Positions 50,058 to 63,044 of a stretch of 64,000 bases of DNA are shown piece after piece. Where the stretch lies: the NCBI GenBank assembly GCA_002269645.1, contig NIVC01001396.1, positions 1 through 64,000 on the forward strand, in the 5' to 3' direction. The position numbers and the translations under genes are program-made. Below the pieces are notes generated by a model, which did no database searches, was not told where the DNA came from, and saw only the letters and a program-made list of their open reading frames with translations. Within the stretch, counting starts at the first letter, position 1. Every line of letters begins with the position of its first letter. This DNA comes from Macrostomum lignano (lineage: Eukaryota).

Positions 50058-53000
50058 TTAATTCTCTTTAAACTGCAGCTTCACCTTCTTACTATTATTA
50101 CTAGTAGTAGTAGTCGCAGAGGCAGCCCCATTGTCTGCAGTGAAACTGGCACCAGATGTAGAAGCGGTAGAACCGCCAACCCTGGCTAAAAAAGCCATAG
50201 CCTTTCGTTTACGTTCGAGCTGCTTACGAATATAGTTATCATCAGCTGAAGTCGATTGCTGCTGCTGTTGCTGACTGACTGTTGCTTGACCTGACAGTTG
50301 CTGTTCCTCCTTATGTTGCCGTTGCATCGACAGAACTTTTCGACACTCCTCTAGCCGACCGCACTTCATCAGATAATATGGATGATACCGATGGCTGGAT
50401 TGTAGAAAATCAAATCTAGAATCGGATCGAGCCTTGACAACGGCTTCAAAATCTGTGCCATTGCGCTGTACATAAGCTGCCAATTTGTCAATGATGAGTT
50501 TGGTCTCTTCATCGGCTGGCTGGTTGCACTGCACAGCCAGCTCGATCTCAGCTGGGATTGCTGATTGAGAATCGGTCAGCTCACCGCTTGCAGAGGTAGC
50601 CGTGGGCGCCGGCGGCGGCGGCGGAGGGGGCGGCGGTGGCGGCGGCGGCGGCTGATGATAAGCCATGAGCACTGCTTGCTGCTCCTGCTGTTGCTGCTGT
50701 TGCTGCTGCTGTTGCTGCTCGTCTTCCTGTTCTTGCTGGCGTTGGCGGAACTGTTCCAATAATTTAGCATAAGAAGTGCCCGCTGTACTGACTTTTGGTA
50801 GGCTGATTGAAGTGGCAGCGGCGGAGGAAGACTGCGGCGCGTGATGCAGGTCGTCTGGCGCCAGGTTCATTGGTCTGGAGTGCGTTTAAATGGAGTGCGT
50901 ATCAACTGAGATCTCAGGGTGAGACTAATACGAGACTATGAGACTAATACGAGACTAATACGAGACTATGAGACTAATACGAGACTAATAAGAGACTATG
51001 AGACTAATATGAGGCTAATATGAGACTATGAGACTAATACGAGACTAATAAGAGACTATGAGACTAATATGAGGCTAATATGAGACTATGAGACTAATAT
51101 GAGACTAATAAGAGACTACGAGACTAATATGAGACTAATATGAGACTGAGACTAAGAGACTAATATGAGACTAGTATGAGACTGAGAATTATATGAGACT
51201 ATAAGACTAATATGAGACTAATACGAGACTATGAGACCAATATGAGGCAAATATGGGACTTATGAGACTAATATGAGACTAATAAGAGACTATGAGACTA
51301 ATATGAGACTGAGACTAATATGAAACTAATATGAGACTAGTATGAGACTGAGACTAAGAGAATAATATGAGACTAGTATGAGACTGAGACTAAGAGACTA
51401 ATATGAGACTAGTATGAGACTAAGAGACTAATATGAGCCTAATACGAGACTGTGAGACCAATATGAGGCTAATATGAGACTATGAGACTAATATGAGACT
51501 AATAAGAGACTATGAGACTAATATGAGACTAATATGAGACTAGTATGAGACTGAGACTAATATAAGACTAATAAGAGACTAATATGAGACTAGTATGAGA
51601 CTGAGAATTATATGAGACTATAAGACTAATATGAGACTAATATGAGACTATGAGACTAATATGAGGCTAATATGGGACTATGAGACTTATATGAGACTAA
51701 TATGAGACTAATAAGAGACTATGAGACTAATATGAGACTAATATGAGACTAGTATGAGACTGAGACTAATATAAGACTAATAAGAGACTAATATGAGACT
51801 AGTATGAGACTGAGAATTATATGAGACTATAAGACTAATATGAGACTAATACGAGACTATGAGACCAATATGAGGCTAATATGGGACTATGAGACTAATA
51901 TGAGACTAATAAGAGACTATGAGACTAATATGAGACTGAGACTAATATGAAACTAATATGAGACTAATATGAGACTGAGACTAAGAGACTAATATGAGAC
52001 TAGTATGAGACTAAGAGACTAATATGAGCCTAATACGAGACTGTGAGACCAATATGAGGCTAATATGAGACTATGAGACTAATATGAGACTAATAAGAGA
52101 CTATGAGACTAATATGAGACTAATATGAGACTAGTATGAGACTGAGACTAATATAAGACTAATAAGAGACTAATATGAGACTAGTATGAGACTGAGACTA
52201 ATATGAAACTAATAAACAAAGCAGTATTAAAACTCACTTAGGCGGCGCCAGAGGCACATAACGACCCTGCCGGATGGCCTCCAACACCAGTCGATAATAA
52301 GGATAGAGTTCGTCGCCATAGCTTAAAAATCGAAAACTAGCATTGCCACTCTGTTTAGTTTTCAATACAATTTCCATCTGCGGCCCGTGCCTGGCCAGGA
52401 ACTGGGCAGTCTTGTCAATTATGGCCCCCTGTCGCTTGGTCATTGGCATTCGCATATCGCGAGGCACGTCTAAATTGATTGGAACAGCAAATGGTTCGCT
52501 GTCTGCCTCTTCTTCTGGTGTTGCTGAGGCTGCTGCTGCTGCTGCTGCTGCTGCCGCTGCATCGGTTGCAGGCTCTACCAAGCTTGACTGAGCCGTCATT
52601 GCTGTAGAATTCGAGTCGCCGTTGCTGTCCTTCGACGCCGACTCCGAATAGTTGAAGGCCACTTCGCTGAATGACGATTTATTAGCCATGGCAACTCGCT
52701 TCTGGTGCTCCTCTGCATTTGGAGGTTATTAGGACTGTATTAGAGTAATCGGGGCAGTTATTAGTTGGGACTGTATTACAGTAATCAGGGCAGTTATTAG
52801 AACTGTTTTACAGTAATCAGGGCAGTTATTATGACTGTATTACAGTAATCAGGGCAGTTATTAGGACTGTATTACAGTAATCGGGGCAGTTATTAGGACT
52901 GTATTACAGTAATCAGGGCAGTTATTAGAACTGTATTACAGTAATCAGGGCAGTTATTAGAACTGTATTACAGTAATCAGGGCAGTTATTAGAACTGTAT

Positions 53001-56000
53001 TACAGTAATCGGGGCAGTTATTAGGACTGTATTACAGTAATCAGGGCAGTTATTAGAACTGTATTACAGTAATCAGGGCAGTTATTAGAACTGTATTACA
53101 GTAATCAGGGCAGTTATTAGGACTGTATTGCAGCAATCAGGGCAGTTATTAGGATTGTATTACAGCAATCAGGGCAGTTATTAGAACTGTATTACAGTAA
53201 TCAGGGCAGTTATTAGGATTGTATTACAGTAATCAGGGCAGTTATTAGGACTGTATTAGTAATTAGGGCAGTTATTAGGACCATATTACAGTAATCAGGG
53301 CAGTTATTAGGACTGTATTAGTAATTAGGGCAGTTATTAGGACCATATTACAGTAATCAGGGCAGTTATTAGGACTGTATTAGTAATTAGGGCAGTTATT
53401 AGGACCATATTACAGTAATCAGGGCGATTTTTTATTAGGACTGTATTATAGTCAGACTAAGTCTTGGACAAGTACATGTAAAATACATTTTGCAAGGATT
53501 TTAGGAATGAACTTTAAAAAATGCCCTTTAAAAAAGCACATGAATATTATATATAAACTCATAAGCAGTCTCACCCTCCAAAAGTTGATAATGTTGCCAG
53601 TTCTCATCGAGTTCCAAATATCGTTCTTTCTCACACTCGGCTTCAATATCAGCATCCTCAGCTGCTTGTGTTTGGCTAGCATTATTGGTAGATGCGGTAG
53701 TTGAATGGCCACCAGGCAGTTCTGTTAGACAGCCGCGAACATCAAACCTAAGATTAGCAAGTTAGTAAGCACTGTAATCTATTTATCATTATGAAATTAT
53801 TTTATACCAGTGAAATTGTTGGCCTCTATGGCTTATAGATTTTTAATGCATGCTTAAAATTCAATGACAAGTTTAATGGTTTTTGGAAAGTGAAAAATCT
53901 TATATATAATTTGACCATAACCTTTTTTGTAAATAATTTTATGTAAGTATAATCATGACATGAAGCTATATAGAGATGAAAGAGTGCAGCTAGGATCTTA
54001 TATTAAGTATCAATACTTCAAGCATAAACAATTGCCAACATAAAATATTTATTATTAGACAAAAAAACAAAAGCACATATTTTTCAGTATATTTAAGATT
54101 GCCAATACTATATCTTTATTATACTTAACCTTAGCAATAATTATGAAATAGTGCACCTTTTTCTATAATACTATATATCCTTCTAGTATATTTTTGCTAC
54201 AATTACAACCTAATACTTCTTAGAAAATACTGTATTCAAATGTCCACTAAAATATTTTGTTTTAATGTTGTGATACAAAATAATATTTTGCAAATAAGGT
54301 CTCTATAGGGGGTTTTGATAGTGCTGATTTCAAATTTGAGCTTCATTTCTGGTAGCTTCAACCCAACCACAGGGCATGGGGAATGGGGGGTTTTAGGATG
54401 GGAGATTCTTTATGGGGGTTGATTTTCTTTGTGAAGGACCTCTATCTTTGTTTCTTTATGGAGGTTGAAAGAAACTAACAACCTTTAGTGGTAGCAATTG
54501 AGATTTAAAGATAGATGTTTGGTCCTTTGTCAACTTGGTGATAGCCATAGAATTATTTTGATAAGACAGAAGCTTATACCTTTTGTGATAGGGATGAGCT
54601 TCCTTCTATTAATATCTTACTAATTAGCCACCAAAGTTGTAACAGACATGATTGCTTTCACTAAAATTATCCCACCACTGACACCAAAGTTGTCAAAGGG
54701 GCTGACCTTCTGTCTTTATAAATAATCTCACAATGCCACTAGCTGTTACAGGGCTAATTTTTATACTTAATTTAATTAATGTATTTTTGCACAAATGTAC
54801 TTATACTTATTGGTAGCGTGACTCCTCTAATCTAATTCTATATTGGTAGCATTTACTTATCTTATTGTAGCATCTGAAAAATGTACTGTACTCTTTGGCC
54901 TGAGAAGTCTAATAGCACTGTCTACTCTATTTACTCATATAAGTTTTCTCTCAGTCCTAGGCCTTCCCTGAATCAGAGGGTCACAGCCTTATGCATTTTC
55001 CCTGCCCTGAGGCGATTCTCGCTTTCAGCGGTTTCTGATACTTCCAATGTTTGGAGTTTTACTATAGAAATGAATAAGCCTTTCTGAACACAAGCAAATT
55101 TATTGAGAATGATTATATTAACTTTAGAATATTTTTTAAAATAACAACAGTAAAACAAAATTTGTGTTAATTTAAATATGCGAGTTTCTAAGAAAGTATA
55201 ACAAAATATAAAGTATTAATTGTGCATAAAAAGAGACTATAATTTTTTACTTAACATAGGCACTACCTCACTTTGATAATTAGTTAAATATTCAAAATCT
55301 TAAATATTTATTGTCATATAAGGTTTAATTTTCTAGTTTAAGCATATTATACTTGGTTTAAACTTGCATGTTAACTTTGTGAAAATTTGAAGGCAAAGAA
55401 AATTAAGCAAAGATCAAAGTGCATTCTATTTTTAGAAATTTTTAGAAATTTTAAATTACTAACTCATAACTTCTAATATATACAATATTTGGTCAATTAT
55501 AGGATGTCTTTGGTGCATGCATTTGGTGCAACTAGAAAATAAAAAATATAGGTTAAAAACACTTTTAAACAAATTAAACAAATAGTTTTCTGCATCAATT
55601 AAAATCTCTTGAAGTATGCAAGAATGTATCTCAATTATTTTTTGTCTTTTTGTTCAAATTCATTTGCATTCTATTGAAATATATCAATCAATATATGTTG
55701 TCATTCTCACTTATTGTTTTTTTATTAGAGGCAGGGGGGTTGTGTGTACCCTAGCACAATTTGAGCGGCATTGTCACATAACCAGCGAGATGCATTACTG
55801 CCCTTCTGCCGACTCCCCTGAGCAGGCACAGAGGCACACAAGTGCGCGGATATGTACGCAAGCACACACTCATACATGAATATACAGTGGCCCTAACTTT
55901 ATTTTATCATTAGGCATGTACACTTCCCTGCACCTTGGGGGTTGGCTTTCAAGGCTGTTAATTGCACGAGCAGAGCCAAGCCGAGATTCCAATTCAGCCC

Positions 56001-56975
56001 CAAATTAATGTGACTGCACTTGGAATCGAGCGGCTTCGAGCCTAGGTCGCTGGCACACCAGAGCCTACGCTAGACTGCTAGGCTATGGCCCCCCTTTCTC
56101 ACTTGTTACTGAATTGGCTATTATCCAAATGGCTGTTACTGAATTGGTTATGCTTTGTTACCAAAGTAGACTAACTATAATTTAGACTAGGTAAATAATC
56201 TAGAATCCTAAACCTAAAAAAGGCCAAAATTCAAAAATGTCTAATACTAATAGGCTTTTGACTTAGTAGTTTCATTATTAATAATAGATATTTTAATGAT
56301 AGGCTTTTAGTTTTTTGGGAAGATTAAGTTAAAAGATTTTATTGTTAGTTAGTTAGAGTCAAATGATATAATAATTAATAATATTTAAAAAACTTTTCTA
56401 AAAATACATACACCAAGTATTTTTTTATAAAACTATAAGTTTAAAATATTAGAATATTTCAAATTTGAAAACTATTATTTATATAATTAATTATAATTCT
56501 TATTTAAAGTAGATAAAATACTTATCATTTTCAAATAGCCTAGGTTGTATATTGTACTTAGTGATATCAAGCCTATCTATATATATATAGACTTAGAATT
56601 TACAGGATTTAGCTATTGCAATGGTCGGCCTATATGGCAAATTGGTTTATTTAGATAAACCAATGCTATAATAATATAATATAGGTTTAGCTAGATAAAA
56701 GGGTTCTTAAGTTAAAAAATAAATCAATTTAATATGAATGCTACAATTGATAGGGTAATATTTTAAAATAATACTTACCTATCAATTAAAATTTCTTGAT
56801 CAGCAGTCCAAGGAATTAAATATTTTCCAGAGTTAATTTCAATGTACTTTTGACTATCATGATAAATGTTGCAGGAATAGCCTTGTAGAAACAACTTTGA
56901 AAACTCATCTTCGTCCTCATCGTCATCATCATATTCTGAGAAGAATCGAAATGCCCCATTCGATCCTCCAGCCAT
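50058..56975 (-). CDS. SFSWAP: Splicing factor suppressor-of-white-apricot homolog, ~553 aa. Exons 56779-56975, 53575-53747, 52238-52712, 50058-50874
   Basis: DRY_EERY-type N-terminal domain (LFLQGYSCNIYHD...GKYLIPWTADQEILIDR|FDVRG...EAECEKERYL), SURP1 (AIIDKTAQFLARHGPQMEIVLKTKQ..N.SFRFL...LYPYY) and SURP2 (IIDKLAAYVQRNGTDFE...RFDFLQSSHRYHPYY). Splice phases are consistent and the total of 1662 nt is a multiple of 3. Confidence 0.9.
50922..52213. repeat. (GAGACTAATAT / GAGACTAT)n satellite filling SFSWAP intron 3
   Basis: Mixed 6-11-bp GAGACT-core units over ~1.3 kb. Confidence 0.95.
52724..53450. repeat. ~31-32-bp minisatellite (CAGGGCAGTTATTAGGACTGTATTACAGTAAT) in SFSWAP intron 2
   Basis: About 23 units. 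Confidence 0.95.
55713..56095 (-). mobile_element. tRNA-derived SINE, second copy, 9-bp TSD TTCTCACTT
   Basis: Colinear reverse complement of 34312-34677; TTCTCACTT at 55704-55712 and 56096-56104; lies in SFSWAP intron 1. Confidence 0.85.
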
Positions 56976-57520
56976 CCTTATTCCTCACGCTTAGGCCTAG
57001 TCTAAAGCAATCGAAAATTCGCAATCGACACGACAGTTGGTTAGCAAAAACAGTGGTAAGGTTGAATTATGGATTAACAATAACAAGTCGTGTCTGTGGT
57101 ATCGAACGCTTGAAAACTCAGATTTCTATGTCTAAAAAGGCAAAAAATTGAAAAAAATTTCACACTCTTCACAATAAGACAATGTAATTTTAAGTTTAAA
57201 GATAACTTCTTAATCACACACGGAAAGATCCAGCGACAGCGTGTGTAACTCGTCCGGCAAATGTTTTCTGAGAAACGTGAGACCACTTAAATTTGTGCGA
57301 AAATGCTTCGTAGTAATAACTTTACTAGTTTCGAACCACTCCTAAAAACAATCAAACAGAACATTCTCTGCTTTTGTCAGTCAGTTTTTACCCAGATCCA
57401 AGGCTCCAAGACATATAGGTGTTGAAATGTTGATTTTTTAATTAAGTTGCAAAGATTCATCTTTTGATCGTTTGATACTGACAACAATAACAACATGCAG
57501 CAACAACAACAAAAATTAAC

Positions 57521-59810
57521 AGTCAGAGTCAGGACTCCGAGGTGTGCCTAATGGACGCACTGGAGCGACCCGGCGGGGCGTCACCACGGGGGCGTTGCGC
57601 GCCAGGCGGAAGAGGTCGGAGTTGACGTCAAGATTGAAGCAGGTGTCCTCCCAGTGCAGCCGCTTCGCCCAGGGCGATGGTGCTGCGGAGGTGGGTGCGC
57701 GTCTGTTGAAGAGCGGCAACGTTCTGCTCCGTGGCGTCGAGTTCGGCACAGCTGCGAGCAGATTGACAAGCCCTCTGGGCGGCGTCGCAGTCGCTGTTCC
57801 AGAAGGACTTGAAGGCGCCGCGGCGACAGCCCCGCGAGATAGCGTGGGACGCGGGCGCGCAGGATGTCTGCCACAGTAGTCTGGCCCACACACGCACCGC
57901 CTCCACTAATCAGGAAAAGGCCGAGCTTTGCGCCACCATCTGCGCCTCCGAGTCCAAACTCGAGCCCGGCCCAACGACCGTAACACGCGCAGCGAAGCCA
58001 ACGCTTTCAGTGGAGCTTGCCGCGCCACTGAAAGCCGCCTCGACATCGAAAAGGACTTCTCACAGGCCGAACTCAAAAACGCTATGAAACGTCTCAATTC
58101 AGGCAAGTGCGCGAGCCCCGACGGGATCTGTATAAACGAGATGCTAAAACAGCTCCATGCTACCGCCGAGGGTCGCCTTCTGGACCTGATTAAGAAGTCT
58201 GCAAAGGCCAGCCAGTGCCTTCCGGATGGACAAACATCGTCCCGATCCCAAAGAAAGGAAATGAACCCGGCAAGCCGACGTCCTACAGGCCAATCGCGCT
58301 CACCAGCTGCAATTGCCAAGCTCGCCGAGTGCCTCGTCCAACAACGCCTGTCCTACTGGCTGGAATCCAACGGCGTCCTTACGCCCAACCAGGCTCGACC
58401 AGGACCTCGGTATTCCCACACGCTTTGTGTTCTGGATCCATCGCTTCTTGAGCCACCGCCGCACGAGGGTCAAATGGGTCAACGGGCCAGTCGCGAGCGG
58501 GTCTTTGAGGACGGCCTCCCCCAGGGTAGCGTCCTAGACCCCTTCTCTGGCTCATTTTCGCGAACGACCTCCCGGCCGCCATCAGGACCGCTATCCCGGA
58601 CTGCGGCATCAACTTGTTCGCCGATGACAGTAGCTTCCTCGCCACCCACCGCTGCCTCACCGACTGCACCGGCATCATCCAACCAGCCCTCGATGCCACG
58701 GCGGCTTGGTGCGCCCGATGGAAGGTTCGAATTCTTCTTAGTTACGACAAATGTGAGTACTCGACCTTCACCCTCTGCCCGTCTGAAACAAACGACTCAA
58801 GATTAGCGGCCATGACATCGCCTTCAACCAGAACCCCCGCCTGCTTGGCGTCACCCTTGATGGCCAACTCAACTTCCCAAGCACGGCTAGGAAGTTCGCC
58901 GGCGGATGACCCAGCGCCGCAGCGCCCTCAACGCCTTAGCTCACTGCAGTACCGGCGAGGACACGTATCGAGGACGAGTCCTGCACACAGCCTACATTGC
59001 TACCATCCGGGTCTGTGCCGACATGGCAGTGCGGTCTGGGCTAACGGGGCCGCCCCAGGACTCGACACGGCATCGAAAGCCAGCAAGCGATCTGTGCGCG
59101 GCTGATCGCATCTTTAGTCATCTTTGGCTCTACTCCGTGGAAGCTATCTACCTGGAGGCGAATTTCCACCCAATCAGTCTCGAAGCCCGAAGATGGGCCC
59201 TGATGGCCTAAGAGAAAGCGTCCTGCCGCCTCATCGACCCGTTTCGGCAAATCTGCGACAGGCACCTGAACATCCGTCTAGCGGCTAACAAAGGCCTTCT
59301 TCGCGAACAAGCCAGAGCCTGCTGCGATGCCATGATCGCTCCGCCTCGTCTGTTTTTCCTCTCATCCACCATCTAGCTCCTTCGGATTCTCTTATCGATT
59401 GTGGAGTCTATCTGCATGTTTACAAAGCTCCCAGAGTTCGATGGCATCCGTGGCAGTGCTCTCCGCCATTGAGCTGCGCTGCGCCCCGACTCGGCCCTCT
59501 ACTTCACCGATGGCTCCGTCTCCGGCGGTATCCCTAACGGTGGGTCGGTTTGGATCCTGCTGCATAAAGAAAACGGCTGGATTAGCCGCTGTGGCCACGC
59601 TGCCATCGGCCGATGGGGCAATTCTTTCGAAGCCGAGCTCAACTCCATCTCTCTTGCGCTTCACGACATCATGATACGGCCCCGCCAACTGACCGGCCAA
59701 CGCTGAACTCCAGGCTCGAAACCGTTAAAGCTCTCCTTACTCAGGCGGCTCGCCGCGGTACTCAGATGACCCTGCAGTGAGTGCCCGGGTACTCAGGGGT
59801 GCAAGCAAGT
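57521..59810 (+). mobile_element. Degenerate RNase H-containing LINE (I-group-like) with an inverted 5' segment (57521-57904 on the minus strand)
   Basis: Plus strand: FSQAELKNAMKRLNSGK..SPDGI, IVPIPKKG...SYRPIALTS, GLPQGSVL.P, MFADD, RLLGVTLD, and RNase H LYFTDGS...FEAEL...TLQ*VPGYSG, with many frameshifts and deletions. Minus-strand 57521-57904 encodes the upstream linker (KSFWNSDC...AKRLHWEDTC..L). Confidence 0.85.
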
Positions 59811-59818
59811 CTAGGTAA

Positions 59819-60474
59819 CTTAGTTGTCCCTGGTAGCCTCTCACCCAACCAATCAGAAACTCAACAGCCGAAGACCAGGTAATCCACAGCGACCGAATCG
59901 GCTTAGTGCTTCGCAGCCGTAGACCCGGGATGATGCTGATGTCACAATCTTCGCAGATAGCTAGCAGGTGATGTTCTTAATCTTGATGCTCGCTGCTGAC
60001 GACCGGAGGGAGGGATTCGTTCTTGATGATGATGGGGGAGTCGCGATCCGGGGATCAAGAGACGACGACGGTTGAGCTCCGGGAGGTCTAAGTTAGGCCA
60101 AAGTCCCAGTAGGCGGAGCAGGAGGTTCCAGAGAGCGGCACGAGGTTGGGTCCGAGCGGGCCAAAAACTCCGGTTTAAATAGCCGCCAACTGGACCGCAA
60201 TTTGTTATAATGGACACCTCGATTCTGATTGGCTGAACCGATTTGTTATAACGCACGTTGAATTTTCTGATTGGCTGAACCGATTTGTTATAACGCACGT
60301 TGAATTTTCTGATTGGCTGAACCGATTTGTTATAACGCACGTTGAATTTTCTGATTGGCTGAACCGATTTGTTATAACGCACGTTGAATTTTCTGATTGG
60401 CTGAGCTTGTTGCCACCCAAACTCACGTGACCAAGAGATCCTATCAGTTCCCTCGGGGCCATAAAAATACGACA
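59819..60474 (-). mobile_element. Solo-LTR-like / promoter-bearing block that truncates the LINE
   Basis: Minus-strand TATTTAAA at 60174-60181 preceded by five CCAAT boxes in a 42-bp repeat. TGT..ACA-like ends at ~59825 and ~60474; AGGTAA is present at 59813-59818 and 60474-60479. Confidence 0.35.
60196..60404. repeat. 42-bp tandem repeat, each unit containing CTGATTGG (CCAATCAG on the minus strand)
   Basis: CTGATTGGCTG starts at 60225, 60267, 60309, 60351 and 60393. Confidence 0.92.
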
Positions 60475-60476
60475 GG

Positions 60477-60634
60477 TAATAAGAGCTTTCTAATGTATAT
60501 TTTTTTCATTAATTTTTATCATTTCTACGCGAAAGGTCATAAATCATAATGTAGCGATTTTGAATCATTTATGACCTTTCGCGTAGAAATGATAAAAATT
60601 AATGAAAAAAATATACATTAGAAAGCTCTTATTA
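60477..60634. repeat. Perfect 68-bp inverted repeat with a 22-nt loop (MITE-like hairpin, TA at both ends)
   Basis: 60477-60544 is the exact reverse complement of 60567-60634. Confidence 0.92.
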
Positions 60635-61327
60635 AGTAGAAAGTGAAGATAATGAAGAGAAGTCGCTAATCGCTAATCCCAACGTACTTTTAGGGGTAAA
60701 ACGCATAGCTGTCAAAGCTGTCACACACTTAAGTGAACACGAACATTAGGCCCTGACCTCATAAATCTTGATGGCCTGGAAAAATGATGAGAAAAAAGCC
60801 ACCACCCGCGCATCCTCTCAGACCATCTGGCGCTAGTCTCAGCATTGAGTGAGGCGCAGGTGGCTCTCAGGCCAGCTCGAAAGCAATGATTTATGATCCA
60901 AAAGCCGCACCTATGTTATTATAACTACAAGTATGGCAAAATCATATAACTAGTACGAATTTTAGGAAAATTACATAAAGAGAAGAAAAATGCCCATAGC
61001 CTGTTGTTAGTAGGCTAGTAAGTTTGGAGCCCATGTGCGAGCGTGAAGTTTGGAAAAAAGTGCATCCTCATCAAGATCCGGCCACTGCCCCGAATTGTCC
61101 TACTCCTGCAACTGGACGGGCATTGCCGAGTAGGGACCCTGCCGCCTTTGCAACCAGCCGGCCGAGCAATTCTACGAGTACGTACTGTCGTATCCGAAGC
61201 TCGATACTACCCTGACGCATCATCGGCGTCACTTGTCTGCGGGACTTAGCACGAGGGAATGTGGTGGCACAGCTTTTGGGGGCCATCGACTGGCGGCCTC
61301 TCTGAGCTCACCTCCGTATTAAAAAAC

Positions 61328-62330
61328 AACAACAACAAAACAGCAACAACAACAACAACAACAAAAAAGCAACAACAACAAGGTAACACCGTCGCGGAAC
61401 AGAGTAAAATTCACAAAGAGCGGTGTCAGCTCAGTTTTCTCAGTGCGAGCTAGCTCTTTGAAGGCGTTTGAAGGCGGCAACCTAGCGTGCACCTATGGCC
61501 GAGCACCCCGTAGCGGCGCGTGGTGCCCTGCATCCATGAGCAGCAGGACGTCCTGCACCAGTTGCGTGCAGGCCTCCGCAAGGATGGTGTGGCCGGCCAG
61601 TTGAAGTCTTCGCCTGATGAGGGTCTCGCTAGGTTGGTCGCAGCTCTTCGTGCTGGTAAGAGGGCCGCGTTTGAGACTGCGTCCACGCGTAGCTGATGCT
61701 GAAGGCGGCTCGCATCAGGGCCGAGTGTGCTGCGTCTAGCCGCTTCTCCTCGATCAGCATCCACGTCTCGGTGTTGTAGGTCAGGACGGTTTCGACTATC
61801 GCCTGAAACAGCCGGGCCCTCAAGCGGTCTGGCGCAGCACGGCGTTCTGCAAGACGATGCGGATAGATCGAGCCGAAGGCCGCCCAGGCCAGGCCCCTGC
61901 GTCGCGCCAAGTCCTCCAGGACACTGGGCACAAGACCGCCGAGGTACGTAAAGCGCGTGATGCAGAGAGGTAGATCGGTTGCTGCACGACCGTCGGCGCC
62001 CCAGCAGGTGATGTTAATTGATAGGCAGCTCCGCAGGTACAGTCATCACCTCCGTCTTCTCGATGTTCACGCCGCTAGCCCGACCGATGCCGCAGAGCTG
62101 TCTGCACCAGCTAGGCTGTCTAGCATGCGCTAGGCTCTCTCTCAGGGCCGCGTACATATAGAGGCGAGCATGAGCTCCAGGTAACCATGCAAGGAGCGAG
62201 TACAGCGCCACTTCTCCAGTTGGCGGCTGCTCGTTCGCCGACACAGCAGGAAGCCGTCCTCATCTGTTTGGTAGCTGCCCCCCCGCAGCGCCCATTCGAG
62301 CACCAACACGAAAAGGTAGGGCACAAGCTA
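61328..62330 (-). mobile_element. RTE-like LINE, second degenerate 5'-truncated copy with (TTG)n tail
   Basis: PYLFVLVLEWALR, DEDGFLLCRR, VNIEKTEVMTVPA, RFTYLGGLVPSVLEDLARRRGLAWAAFGSI and FQAIVETVLTYNTETW; (CAA)n on the plus strand at 61328-61381. Confidence 0.85.
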
Positions 62331-63044
62331 ATATTTACTTATAGTAATACTTTAAGTCCATGTAAGTATAATTTGCTTCGCTGTCAAGGGAAGCTATATA
62401 CTACAAGCGTGTAACTTTCGTGTAACCGTGTAACTATCTTGTCTGGTACTTGGAGGCTTAACTAAAACAGCGTCTTTCTACTTCTCCTACAATTATTTAA
62501 TGGCTGCAGTGTAAAGTAGGCCAAACAGATACATGTACATTCGTATAGTCTTGCACTTCGATCCTAAGTAATTTCCAGTTCGGAGTAACAAAAGAAGGCT
62601 CGATCCATACAGATGAAGCTCTATACATATGCGTGCAGTCTAAAAAACACAGAAAAAAGTACTAGCTATAGCATAGCTAGAGTGTGCATTTAAATGTATT
62701 CCAACTGTTTGCCAGTTCAAAGCTTATACACAAAGAGACTTAATAAATTATAGAAATAGATCCCGAGATTTACAATACATGTATCCACGAGCCTAAAGTG
62801 TACTAAAAGTTTTTAAACTTTAAACTGTAAATTCAAGTGTACCTGCTGTACGTACGTACATGTATATACCTAAAAATATCTTAAACAAGCCATCCTTTAC
62901 ACTCGATCGGGCGTTCATCAATCCACACCATCTGTACATGCATTATGTACGTATGCATCTACATGTAGCACATACAGTGTGTGGGGCCTTGCCATCTCTA
63001 ATCGATCAGAAAGACACTACTCGATGACTTAATTATTACCTCCA

